Shown: positions 37,116-48,857 of the stretch, piece by piece
How the letters are laid out: each line of letters begins with the position of its first letter
Position numbering within the stretch: the first letter of the stretch is position 1
Source: Podarcis bocagei
Lineage: Eukaryota
Length of the DNA: 64,000 bases
Assembly: GCA_964188305.1 (NCBI GenBank)
Contig: OZ076886.1
Direction: 5' to 3' (one strand)
Notes under the pieces: generated by a model
What the model was told of the DNA's origin: nothing
The model's input: the letters and a program-made list of their open reading frames with translations, nothing else
The model's database searches: none
Translations under genes and position numbers: made by a program

Positions 37116-38345
37116 TACAGGCTGTATTGGGAGGAAGGAGAGGGAGAGTAAGTTCCATTGCATGAGTGGAAATCATACTGCTCATGCATTATTTTTGTTG
37201 GCTGCAACCCAGTACCCGAAACTTAGCCTTCCTACTGAGATAGCTCCAGTTTGCTGGTAGAAGGGATAATGTGACCCACTTCAGGTTCTTCATGAAAAAG
37301 CAGACTACCCCTCTATATGCATCTCCATTGCAGATAACTATAGATCAGGAGCCTCCACAGTTAAAATGGTGAAATATTCCTTTTGTCTGTTTAATCATCT
37401 ACCCATCACCTTTCTCTAAAACTACTCAAGATGGCATCTGACCAAACAGAAACAATACAATAAAAAGTGAAATGAAAGTGTGGCTGCAGGAAGCCTTTGC
37501 TGACCTGAACTGGGTCCTACTGTGTCTCCAGAAACTATGTGAGCTCACCATTTTGGATGGCTTCTTGTTTTGCTGCAGTTATCAAGAGGAGCTGGAGAAA
37601 GAAGCAAACACAAAGCAGCACTGCAGGACAATGAGAGACGAGAGAGAAGAGGATGATTTGCTGCAGTGGGGATCTGGATGCAGTCGCCACTCTTGGAGCT
37701 CCACCCCCCAAAAGATCACAGAAGTGGGCGGGGCACATGAAGGTTGCCATCAAACAATAAGCTGCACAAACGGGTGTCCTTCTCCATTATTTCTTGTAAT
37801 ACGTTACGAAGTCAGATACTTTGGAAAACAATTAAGGGGACTTGATTGGGAATTAGAAGAACTTCATTTCCTTTAACGAGGTCGTATGAATTATTCCAGA
37901 AATATTTTTTTTTAAAGAAAACTGAGTTACCATCTGTTCTGAACATTACTAAATGAAGTTAATTAAAGTGGGATCTTTAATTTGACAGATTTGTATTAAT
38001 TTTAATCTGTAGTTGAGGTTCCATTAGCTGCAGTATCGTTGTCTGCTGTTTCTGGTTAGTTTCTTCTAAAGTATCACTTCTAAAGCACTAGATTATTACA
38101 GGGACTAGCAAGCTGTTTCATAATGGTGTCGGCATTAGTCATACCCCCAGTAACGTGGGCTTTTCAGGGTAATAAAAACAAAGTCTTTGCCCTCCTCTGT
38201 TTCTTTACTGTTACTCAAGCCATTTTGATAATGCAACCAATATTAAGCTCTGGGCCAGGTTGGAAATGAAATCAATTTTTACTACTAATATCTGTTGGCG
38301 TATGAAAATATGGTGTGTGTCTCTGACAATGCATGGGGCATCTAA

Positions 38346-38432
38346 CAGTGCAATCCTATACATATCTAGTCAGAAGTAAGTCCCATAGAGCTCAGTGGGG
38401 CTTACTCCCAGGTAACTGTGTAGGACTGCAGC
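38346..38432. repeat. short imperfect palindromic interspersed repeat
   Basis: Fold-back gcaatcctatac...gtaagtccca...tggggcttac...gtgtaggactgc; related copies near 2500, 11650, 55340 and 61770. Confidence 0.6.
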
Positions 38433-39248
38433 CTAAAACGATTAGCAATTATTTGTATACAGTAGTTGGTGTATGTCTGGAAGATAAAAGCTTGACGCAA
38501 GAATCTATACTTGTATACGAGCGTCTATGAAGATGCATCAAACTTTTATCATCCAGATGCACAACAGTATTTAATATAAAAGCTGGGACTCTTGATTTTT
38601 TTTTCTAATTCAAAAGAATGTTGTGATTATTAAATATATGCATTGGGTCTCCTTTACGGGAATGGACCCTTCCTCATCGTTTTCTGAACAGGGAAACAAT
38701 ACGTACCATGGTTTATAATGTATTTTAGATGTTAAACAAAGAAGTATCGATGAATGAGTAGATAATTGAAAATTATCTCTGTCATCCAGCAAAATATAAT
38801 AAATGTGAACATGTTAAAAACACATGCCAGGGGAATAGACAGGTGTGGGGGGAGAGCCCTGGAGCTATTATGTGTAATGACAGACTATTATTGATGTTGA
38901 ACTATCTGCTGTTTCCCCAAAGTAAGGGTCTTCCCTTAGTGAGCATTTTCGTTCCATCTGGCATACGTGCTCAAAACAAGAGCTCAGTCCTGTGACTGGC
39001 ATATCTTTTTGTCAGTGAGAGGGGCACTTACAGGCTTGTAAGTGGATATTGACTTATCTGCACTTCTTAGAAGCAAACAACATGTGCAATCCACCAGACA
39101 CCTTCTGTTATGAAACCTCCATTCATTTTAATAAGATGTGAGCTGGGCTTTGTTTAAATGAATGGATGTTGTGGAGCAGAAATGGTAGGTGGATTGGCCC
39201 TCCCCCATAAAATTAAACATGTGTGGCCTTAATTCTTGGTACTTTATT

Positions 39249-39280
<32 letters not shown>

Positions 39281-41497
39281 TGCTGCTGTGGAAAAAAACA
39301 GTTTTTGAACAGGATATTCATAAAATCTTGCACTTAATTTAGAAATATGTCATTATTTTTGAATGGTTGGTGCAATTAATCTTGATCATCCAGTATGAGC
39401 CATACATATGAACCCCCTGGAAATTATTATTTGCCTAGAAAAGAGTAATTTATTAGTTGGTTGCACCATCGTTCTCGATGAAATTGAAGAGCCAGTGAAT
39501 GCAAGCAGAATTTCTGCTCAATGTTAATTCAATTCAATACATGGAATAATAAATCTGTATAAAATATGTATAGCATAGATTATCCATATTCATTTATATT
39601 TTAAAAGTTTGTCCTTTGACTTTCAATGGGGTTTTGAACCTTGGGTTTGTTTGTTTGTTTGTTTGTTCATTTTAAAATGGAAAGCTCCTGGGAGTTTCTT
39701 TAGCACATATGACAAATGTTGCACTTGTGAACTTGGACAACAAAACGTGTTACTTTTGACAAAGTTGTTGTCCTAGTAAGGGATGGCTGTCTGGGCACAG
39801 TCCACTGGGATGTTCTTTTGCACAATCTCCATTGAACTGAAAGGAGGAAGACTAGGATATGAGCTGTTGCAGAGCTCCCATTCTTTCCAACGGGGCTTGT
39901 GCAAGAGAGCTTTGCGGAAGATTGTGCCTTCTGTGTCTCTTACAGTCAGGTCTTTACCTTAATTCTGCAACTGAATACTTGAAGTAGGAAATAAACTAGG
40001 GAAACATAGGGTCCTTAAAAACAAAACTGTATAGTTAGATATTTATATGTATGTGCCAATTTTGTCACAGATATTATTTTGGGGGCATTTTTGTTTTATT
40101 TTTGCTCCTTTCATGTTGGTAAGAGCATTGAACTAAACTTTTATCAAAGCCTAAGACTTAGCCTCTATAGAAGAAAATTTTGTCTAACATTGCTTTTTCC
40201 CATTTCACATGATATATACTATGATGTTTGGCGGGGGAATCTTTTCATACACTAAAATAGAATCTCGGGGTTTACAATAAACACTGTGATGTTGGGCAAA
40301 CATTTTATTCGAGCAATGTTTGGTAGATTTCTTCCCCCTTGAAATGTAAAAAAGTCAAACAAGCCTTTTGGTTAACATTTAAGATGAGTATTATTTTACT
40401 GTGGGATCAAACTTGTACTGCACATTCTTTCATTTAAATGTACAGAATGAATTTTGTATTTAAATGAATTTTGTGTATCCAGTATGCACGTAAATGCACA
40501 TTGACTTTCATTTGAAAGTGGGTTTCAATTTCCTTTTTAAACAGTGTTTATGAAAAGATTTCAGATGTGTCACAACCTATACCTGCATTTTCCTTTGGTG
40601 TAGAGTGATTGTTTGAATGTGATGTTCTGCAACAATGGGTCAGCATTCCCTATTTACCTTTGACCCTCATTTGATAGTGCTTCTTGTAATAATTTTCTCC
40701 AAGTGAGTGGCATGTTCTGGATTGTGATCTTGACATGTGATTAAGGACATTGATATGAAACTAAGGAATCCTTAGAAATTACCAGTGGGCATGTTTTAGA
40801 ACAGTCATTGTAATTTTAATGTCTCGTAGAAGTGTAAAGTACCAAGGTATTTAGAATTCATAACATTGTTATCATGTGTATGAGAAGTGCTTGGTGTTGA
40901 TCAGCTCGTTTATATTCATCAAATAAATCTGGTTTCTTTCTGAACAATGTGTTGTATCGTTCAATTTAAGAACTGAGTATGATGCAGCAATAGGGACCTG
41001 TGAGTGAAGTCTGATTTTGTGCATGGAAATGCTATCGTGAAGCATCAAGTCCTGCAAGGAGACAAAGCAAACATCTGTGTCCAATAATGGATCTGCATGC
41101 CTGGCATAGATCACAAGCATGACTGCAGTGAACCTCAAATAGAAGGTGAGGTTCTTCAGTTTTGGAATACAACACTGTAGCTATATTCCCATCCACACTG
41201 TACCTTTAAAGCACTATCATACCACTTTAAACAGTCATGGTTGTCCCACCCCACCCCCAAATCCTAGGAACTATTCTCTGCTTAGGGTGTTGAGAATTGT
41301 TACAAAATCCCCATCGCACTTACACTGCTACAAGTCCCAACACGGTTTAACAATCAATTGCTCTTCGTAGGGAACTCTGGGAATTATATCTCTCTGAGGA
41401 GAGAGACTTTCTATTTTAGTAACAGTCAATAATTTATATGGTTTTGCAGCTCTTTTTAAGTTGGATTGTAAAGAGCTTTCTGCGTGGTTATCATACA

Positions 41498-41705
41498 GAA
41501 GGCCTTTTCGGTAGTCATGCCCGCCCGGTGGAACGGCCTCCTGTCGGATGTCAAGGAAATAAACAACTATCTGACTTTTAGAAGACCTGAAGGCAGCCCT
41601 GTATAGGGAAGTTTTTAATGTTTGATGTTTAATGTTTGATGTTACCGTGCTTAATTTGTTGGAAGCCCCTGAGAATAACTGGAGCAACCCAGTCAGATGG
41701 ACAGA

Positions 41706-41750
<45 letters not shown>
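41498..41750 (+). mobile_element. L2 3' fragment with (TTA)n tail
   Basis: Colinear with 10616-10830; tail at 41706-41750. Confidence 0.75.
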
Positions 41751-41752
<2 letters not shown>

Positions 41753-41802
41753 CAAAATCTGGCTTCTGGTGTGGAATCAGTTCCTCCCACAAATTATTGA
41801 GA

Positions 41803-41805
<3 letters not shown>

Positions 41806-41870
<65 letters not shown>

Positions 41871-41878
41871 TTGTGTGT
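41806..41878. repeat. (CT)n(GT)n compound microsatellite
   Basis: Directly visible. Confidence 0.95.
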
Positions 41879-42034
41879 AAGTAATGCTTGTCACCCTTAT
41901 ATTGTAAAGAAAGTCCAGCTAATGCATGGCTAACTTTTGCTAATGGTGTAGAAACCACTTTAGTGCTTCTCTTGCTGTTGGAGAATGGGGCATCCTACCT
42001 CCGATTTATGCACTGCCTCTTACTTACCTGAACC

Positions 42035-42219
42035 CTTAGAACCTCCATGTTTAGAAGCGGTCTACCTCTGAATAGCAGGTGATTGAGGGGGATGAATGAA
42101 GACGGCTGGCTCCATGTCCTTCTTGTATACTTCCCAGAAGCATCTGGAGAGCCACTTCTGGAAACAGGATGCTGGGTTAAATGGACTCTTGGTCTGATGC
42201 AGCAAAGCTGCTCTTATGT
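42035..42219 (+). mobile_element. old CR1-type 3' UTR fragment
   Basis: Ends acaggatgctgg...ttggtctgatgcagcaaagctgctcttatgt; related copy on the minus strand at 61866-62090. Confidence 0.55.
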
Positions 42220-45200
42220 GAAATCGCTTTCACTTGTTCTCCCACAATTCCTGGCAAAGAAAGAAGAATTTACAAGTCTTCCAAGAGGCAAATTGTGTAA
42301 TGAGATTGAGCATATGTAGAAAATATATTGGTAGACTGCCATAGAATGCTCCTTTGGGCTGAAAAAAAGGCCAAAGCAAAATAAATAAACAAACACGTGA
42401 AGTACAGAACAAAAAGGGAGTACATTTCATGGGTGGATAAATGGTTGGATAAATTAGTACCTCAGAGACACTGAGACAAGTGATAGAAATTAGTTCAATA
42501 GTAAGACAGCTTTCTGGTTTCAGGAACTGCAGCATTTTTAGTGTGAAATTGCAGCCATCCAACCATTTGTTAAGAAATGTGTTTATATGCTATCCATGAA
42601 GGTGATCTAAGGTCAATGTCTGTGATGCGTCAGTTTGGAACCTAGAAGCACTCGCTCCTCTGTCAGCTGTATCAAAGGGTCTTGTGAGAGAAATCTAACA
42701 ACTTTGGATAAACACAATGCTGGGCAAAGAAGCCGTATGTCCAGCTGTTTAAAAAACTGCTCCAGGTCCCCACCCCAAAGAACTAAGTGGGCTCCAGATG
42801 TTCTGGCAGCTAACGGCCACAGCAGGTCTTCAGCCTCATGACACAATGATGAACAATCATCCAACTCCAGATGGTGCCTCAGCCAATTAGGGGAAACAAG
42901 TATATGGAGATCGTGAGGCTAGAGGCCTTTGGAATGCCCCAGGTTCGCTCTGGATGGCCCCAAACTGCGCCTCTTGTAAATGTTTATAAACTAGTACGAC
43001 AGCCTCTTGGACCAGGGCTCATGAAGTAGGTGACAGATCTGGACCTCATGGGAGAGAAAGCGGTTCCACCCACCACCGCCTCTGCCATCACTGCTGCCTC
43101 CTCCTCCTCCCTCTCTCCTTTCATCCCCTGTTTGGTCAGAGACAGGGTACACAGTGCTCTCCAGGTGTTGTTTGACTCCATGTCCCATCAGCCACAGCCA
43201 GCATGGCCCAATGTTCAAGGATGAGGGGAGTGGAAGTCCAGCAAGACCTCTCTCTGTGTGGTCTATCATTGGTGGGGGGGACACCTCAAATTCCTATAGG
43301 CCACATATTTTTAATAAGAAAAGTAAAACGACTGTGTTGTGTAGGAGAAATGATTGTCTACTACTGATTATCCACTAATAGCAATGAGATTTGGTTTCAT
43401 ATCTCCTCTTAGCCCAGAAACTCGTTGGGTGGCAGCAACACATTTTGCTGCATGCAACAAAGCAGCAAATGGCACTGTCCTCACCTGAAGTTCAAGGTTT
43501 AGCGTACCCAAGGCCTGTCAAGTTATTTTGGTATCTGAAGCACCACCATTGCCTTACCTCTCTGGCCATAACAAATGCAACAATAATAAAATAACTAACC
43601 ATTTGCTACCCTTCCATTTGGCTCAGCAGAAACTGCTTCAGGCAGCCTCCCCACTCTGCCCAGTGTTAGGGCTGGTTCCTGTAAGGAGTTTTCAGATCTG
43701 AGAGCGGGAGGCTGGGAATCTGAGGGTGAATGTTGGAAAATGGAAGGGCTGGATCAGCCTATATTAAGCCTCACTCCAAAGTATGGGAGGGACATTTTAT
43801 TTCATATTTATTTCATAAAACGTATGTACTACTTGATTGTAAAAAACTTCAAATCATCAGACTTGTATTATTTGTCCTCACTCTTCTGAACTGAAGATTG
43901 CAAACAACAAGGGGATCAAGTCTATCATCATCATCATCATCATCAATGATTCACTTCCCATGAGGCATTCCAAAGTGATACACAAATACAATGAAAACAC
44001 GTAAGAAACAGCTGCATATTTGAAAACAGTTAAAGCAATTGGAGTGCTTGTGGCAGCAATCAGTTTTACTAAATAAAATAATTCATACCCATTTGTTCCA
44101 CTGTTCACTTCTGGTCCAAGTGCCATATTGTTTCCATATCTCCTGCCCCGCTAATTCCAGGTCAAAAGTCAGCGAGCTGAGCCTCAGAATCAATTCAAAA
44201 TCAGGGTGTCACTAGCCAGTTATGCCATGGAAATACAAAGAAGACAGCGTGCTTGTTAAATCGCAGGCCTTTCCAGATGACTGGCTCTTGGAGGATCTGT
44301 TTAAATTCTGACAGTGTTTCCCATGTCAGAATTATTCTCAGTCAAGTTAAACAACCAATTCCTCTATATCTGAAAGGTGAAGGCTGTAAATCTCCCTGGC
44401 GAACGTTGCCAAGGCAGAGAAGGAAAGACTTGCGTAACTACCACTTGTACTTCCTCAGAGAACACGAGCTCAAGTCTAAAGCAAGGAGGCTGGTCAATAA
44501 AACACTGTTGGGCTTTGAGGAGGGGGAGAGTGGAAATACAGGGGAAAGCCCTGCCCAGCTCATGTGATAAGAAACATGTTCCTGGTTAGAAAAACACAAC
44601 GTGACGAATAGGCCTCCATTGGAGGCTCCATCGCAGGGCCAGTGAATTAAAGAAGGATGACTGCTCTTCCTTTAAAGACTGGGAAAGGTCAGAGTAATTT
44701 GTACCAATGTGACATGAGATTCTCCACTGTCTTTTTACTGTCTGCTTTATGGAACTAATTACGAATACACTATAGATTGGCATTGGTGTAAAACGCGTGG
44801 GTGTTACAAATTCATAACGGGTGTGCGTATTCGCAACCTTATGTGGAATTGGTATTGCTTATTAACATTAATATTATACCACCCGATACAGTCATTAATT
44901 TACAAGTTAGCTGCCGAACTCTGTTCCTTCATAAGCAGCAGTCTGTCATGTTTATAACTAACAGCTGTAAAATTTGATGCTCCTCCTCCTCCTCCTCTTT
45001 TTTTATTATTATTATTTGACCTTTAAAAAAAAGAGCGGAATGTACCAGGATATTTATGAGAAAATGTTGGCCCGCATCTTGCCTCAGCCCAAGCGCTTCA
45101 ATAGAGGCAGAGAACCTTTCTCAGACTGAAGGTTGCCTTCCCTCAGGAGTCTACATGCCAGCAGTGGCTGAAAGCAAAAAGAGGGTGGAACAACTATTCT

Positions 45201-45989
45201 CTTAGCGCAATAGGCTACATTCAAACCATGCACAATTCACAGCTTTCTGCACACACATCCAGGCAGAGAAGAAGTGGTCAGTAAGGGGTGTGACATGGGA
45301 AGAATCCTAGACCATGCAGAGGGGTCTAGAGGACCATATTTACCTTCCAGATCTGTAGTTCCCCATCCTGGCCTAACAAGCCTAACAAGCACACTATGCC
45401 TGAAGCACACTATGCCTGTTAGTTACTAGCAAAGGGAGGCAAACTACTTGCAAATAATTTACTATTTGCATGGCCCTGGTGATCTCTGCTCTCTTCTCCA
45501 CCCTGTGAGCCTTCTACCCAATCCCCGGTACAGTGTTGCTCTTTTTGAAAGTTTGTTTTGTTAAACAATACTGCAATGACGGAATGGATAAACTCATGAA
45601 TAGGCATGCACCACTTCTGAAAATAAAAAAAAGATAGACAATCCACCCAAATTGGTGGATTGACAACACTGGTAGCTGAACCAACATTCATTTCTCCAAT
45701 ACGGGCATCTCTCATTTCATTTGCAGAGCCCATGGCTGAAGAATGTCACATGAGATCTCTCTTTATAGCCAACTTCACTTTCTAGATGTTTTTGATAGTG
45801 GAGACAAGGCCCTTTTTACTATTTTGTAAATCACATGACACCTGCATTAATCTCATATATGAGAGAGAGAGAAAGAGGGAGAGAGAGAGAGAGAAAATGG
45901 ACAGTACTACAAGCCATTACAGCCACAGCTGGCTAAGTTACTCAGGAAGCTGAGAATGAAAAACTTTATGCCACAGTATTGTGCTACAT

Positions 45990-46121
45990 CAGTGTTTCCC
46001 AAACTTGAGTCTCTAGCTGTTTTTGGACTACAACTTCCATCATTCCTAGCTAGCAGGACCCGCGGTCAGGGAGGATAGGAACTGTTGGCCAAAAACAGCT
46101 GGAGACCCTGAGGAAACACTG
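45990..46121. mobile_element. hAT-like palindromic MITE
   Basis: Termini cagtgtttcc / ggaaacactg and internal inverted arms agctgtttttgg / ccaaaaacagct; degraded relatives near 43150, 55990 and 58760. Confidence 0.7.
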
Positions 46122-46454
46122 TATATCCCACTCAGATCCTTGCCATATTCAGAATTCCCAAATGTCTGATGTAGTTGATCACAATGAACATACTTTGTTG
46201 GATTTTATATCTACAGAGAGTGAGTAGAGCTTATTCATGGCAAACATTCAGAAGATGAAAACAGTCCAGTCTATTGAAATGGGCACTGACTGTCCTGAGT
46301 GCAGCCTTCTTTTAGGACTAATCAGTGCATATTATAATGCATAGAAGATTAATTCATGCTCATCCTATCTTTTTTTTAAAAAACCAAAAACAAAAAGCTT
46401 GTCCAGCTATTCTGTCCTGCTGTAGAAACAGGGCTTAGAACTAGCTTCATGCCT

Positions 46455-47148
46455 GTTGTTGTTGTTTAGTCGTTTAGTCGTGTCCGACTCTTCGTGACCC
46501 CATGGACCAGAGCACGCCAGGCACTTCTGTCCTCCACTGCCTCCCGCAGTTTGATCAAACTCATGCTGGTAGCTTCAAGAACACCATCCAACCATCTCAT
46601 TCTCTGTCGTCCCCTTCTCCTTGTGCCCTCCATCTTTCCCAACATCAGGGTCTTTTCCAGGGAGTCTTCTCTTCTCATGAGGTGGCCAAAGTATTGGAGC
46701 CTCAGCTTCACGATCTGTCCTTCCAGTGAGCGCTCAGGGCTGATTTCCTTCAGAATGGATAGGTTTGATCTTCTTGCAGTCCATGGGACTCTCAAGAGTC
46801 TCCTCCAGCACCATAATTCAAAAGCATCAATTCTTCGGCGATCAGCCTTCTTTATGGTCCAGCTCTCACTTCCATACATCACTACTGGGAAAACCATGGC
46901 TTTTACTATACGGACCTTTGTTGGCAAGGTGATGTCTCTGCTTTTTAAGATGTTGTCTAGGTTTGCCATCGCCTTTCTCCCAAGGAGCAGGCGTCTTTTA
47001 ATTTTGTGACTGCTGTCACCATCTGCACTGATCATGGAGCCCAAGAAGGTAAAATCTCTCACTGCCTCCATTTATTCCCCTTCTATTTGCCAGGAGGTGA
47101 TGGGCCCAGTGGCCATGATCTTCGTTTTTTTGATGTTGAGCTTCAGAC
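46455..47148 (-). mobile_element. 5'-truncated RTE-clade (BovB-like) LINE
   Basis: C-terminal peptide ...VFPVVMYGSESWT...AFELWCWRRLLRVPWTARRSN...HGVTKSRTRLND*; (CAA)n tail; 13-bp TSD tagcttcatgcct at 46442-46454 and 47157-47169; one in-frame stop just 5' of 47071. Confidence 0.92.
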
Positions 47149-48695
47149 TACTGCAGTAGCTTCATGCCTACTGCAGCACAAACATTTTTATAGTATTATC
47201 CAGGGCACTATTTTTTATTAATAATAAAGTAAAAGCTTGCCAGGGTTGGGGGAATAAAGTGAATACAAAGTAATAAGAAAAGTTCATTTTATTTCCTTAT
47301 ACATCTTTCCCCGTGTTTCATAATGAGATATGACTTCCCTAGCACAGTGTGTGCTTGTGATGGAAGCTTTCTTTTGCAACCTGATGCCCTGATCTTCTGC
47401 TGTCAAGTTCTCTGCGTTGCTCTTCAGTGAAGTTTTCCCTCAAAACATCCCTTGTTAAAAAACCATTGGTAGGTGCTGCCACAAAATATTGCAGTGTGGA
47501 GCGATCACCCTTCAGGATCTCAAACGCTTGGTTCCACAACCCATCCTCCCAGTTTTCTGCCATCCTCGCCTTGTTATTGGTTCCTGCAACTATTTGGCTT
47601 TTATGGAATGGTCCCTGCCTGCACCTTTCTGCCACGTTCATCTTTGCCTGCCAGTTTAGGACTGCACTTCATGAATCAGATGAAAGCTTTGGCTGTAATA
47701 AATTGGATAAACTTTAAGGTGACACAATATGCTTTTTGTTTTAGTTTTTAACTTTGCTAGCTTTGCTACAAGGAAGTTTGCATTACCTTTTTACTGATAG
47801 GAATTTCATAGGGATTTCCCTCGCAGGTACAGACCCAGACAGTCGTTCCTAGTTCACCAAGAACAGAAGATTGCTTTAGCTGTGGAGCAAGCAACTGTCC
47901 GTTTGCACCTTGGAAAGCTGGCAGCTAACCCAGCTCTTTAAAGCTGGGCTATTAGCTGCCATTGGCAACAATGTGCAACCCTGGCTTCCAGGAACAATAC
48001 TGATATTCTGTTTCATGGGTTGTTGTTTTTTTACCTTGTGTGTTTTAACTGGAGTGGAAACCACCTTGTGAATTCCCCTTTACCCTTAGATATGGTAATT
48101 TTTTGGTTCATAGTTTTTCACTGCAAAATTTACAACTGCAATTGCAAAGGAAAAACCAGGGGGGGACAGGGACACTCCTACTGTAATAATGATAATAGTA
48201 ATGCCATGCTAAATTATATTTCATTATTTCATTAGGTTTTTCTTATACCAATCTGGGTCAGTAAGACACCCTAAGGTGCAACTGGAACCTTCACAATAAT
48301 CAGTTCAGTTCTGTCAATCAACAATACGAAAAGAGAGCCAAGCTGATATAATACTGATTTCACTTCAAAATTCTAAAATATCAGAAGCAAGATTCTGTTG
48401 ATGGTTTTCTTTCCAAAAATTGCCAAATAAAATCAACTTTGAAATAAAACCCCTTATGCTAGAAATCCTTTCCCTGTCTTCTCTAAGCTACAGCGTTAGG
48501 GCATTTCCAGTGCTCAATAAGAAATCTCAACAACCAATAACTTCAATGCCCATAAATTTAATAGCAGCACCAGTAGCAGCAGCAATAATCGCTGTTATTT
48601 ACACACCACTTTCTCTGTGACTAAAGCACTTCTTAAACATCATCTATGGGGACCTAACAACAACCCTGCGAAGCAGACAGACATTATTACTCTGT

Positions 48696-48857
48696 TCAGC
48701 CATGTTGGTCTGCCACAGACGAAATAAAATAAATAAATAAAATAATTGTCCAGTAGCAGATACTCTCTGAAGAAGTGTGCATGCACATGAAAGCTTATAC
48801 CCAGAACAAACTTATTTGGTCTCTAAGGTGCTACTGGACAATTATTTTATTTTATTT
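48696..48857 (+). mobile_element. Penelope-like element remnant with inverted ends
   Basis: Inverted repeat of about 24 bp (...aataattgtccagtagca / tgctactggacaattatt...), 13-bp flanking direct repeat attattactctgt, core ctgaagaagtgtgcatgcacatgaaagctta. Confidence 0.7.
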
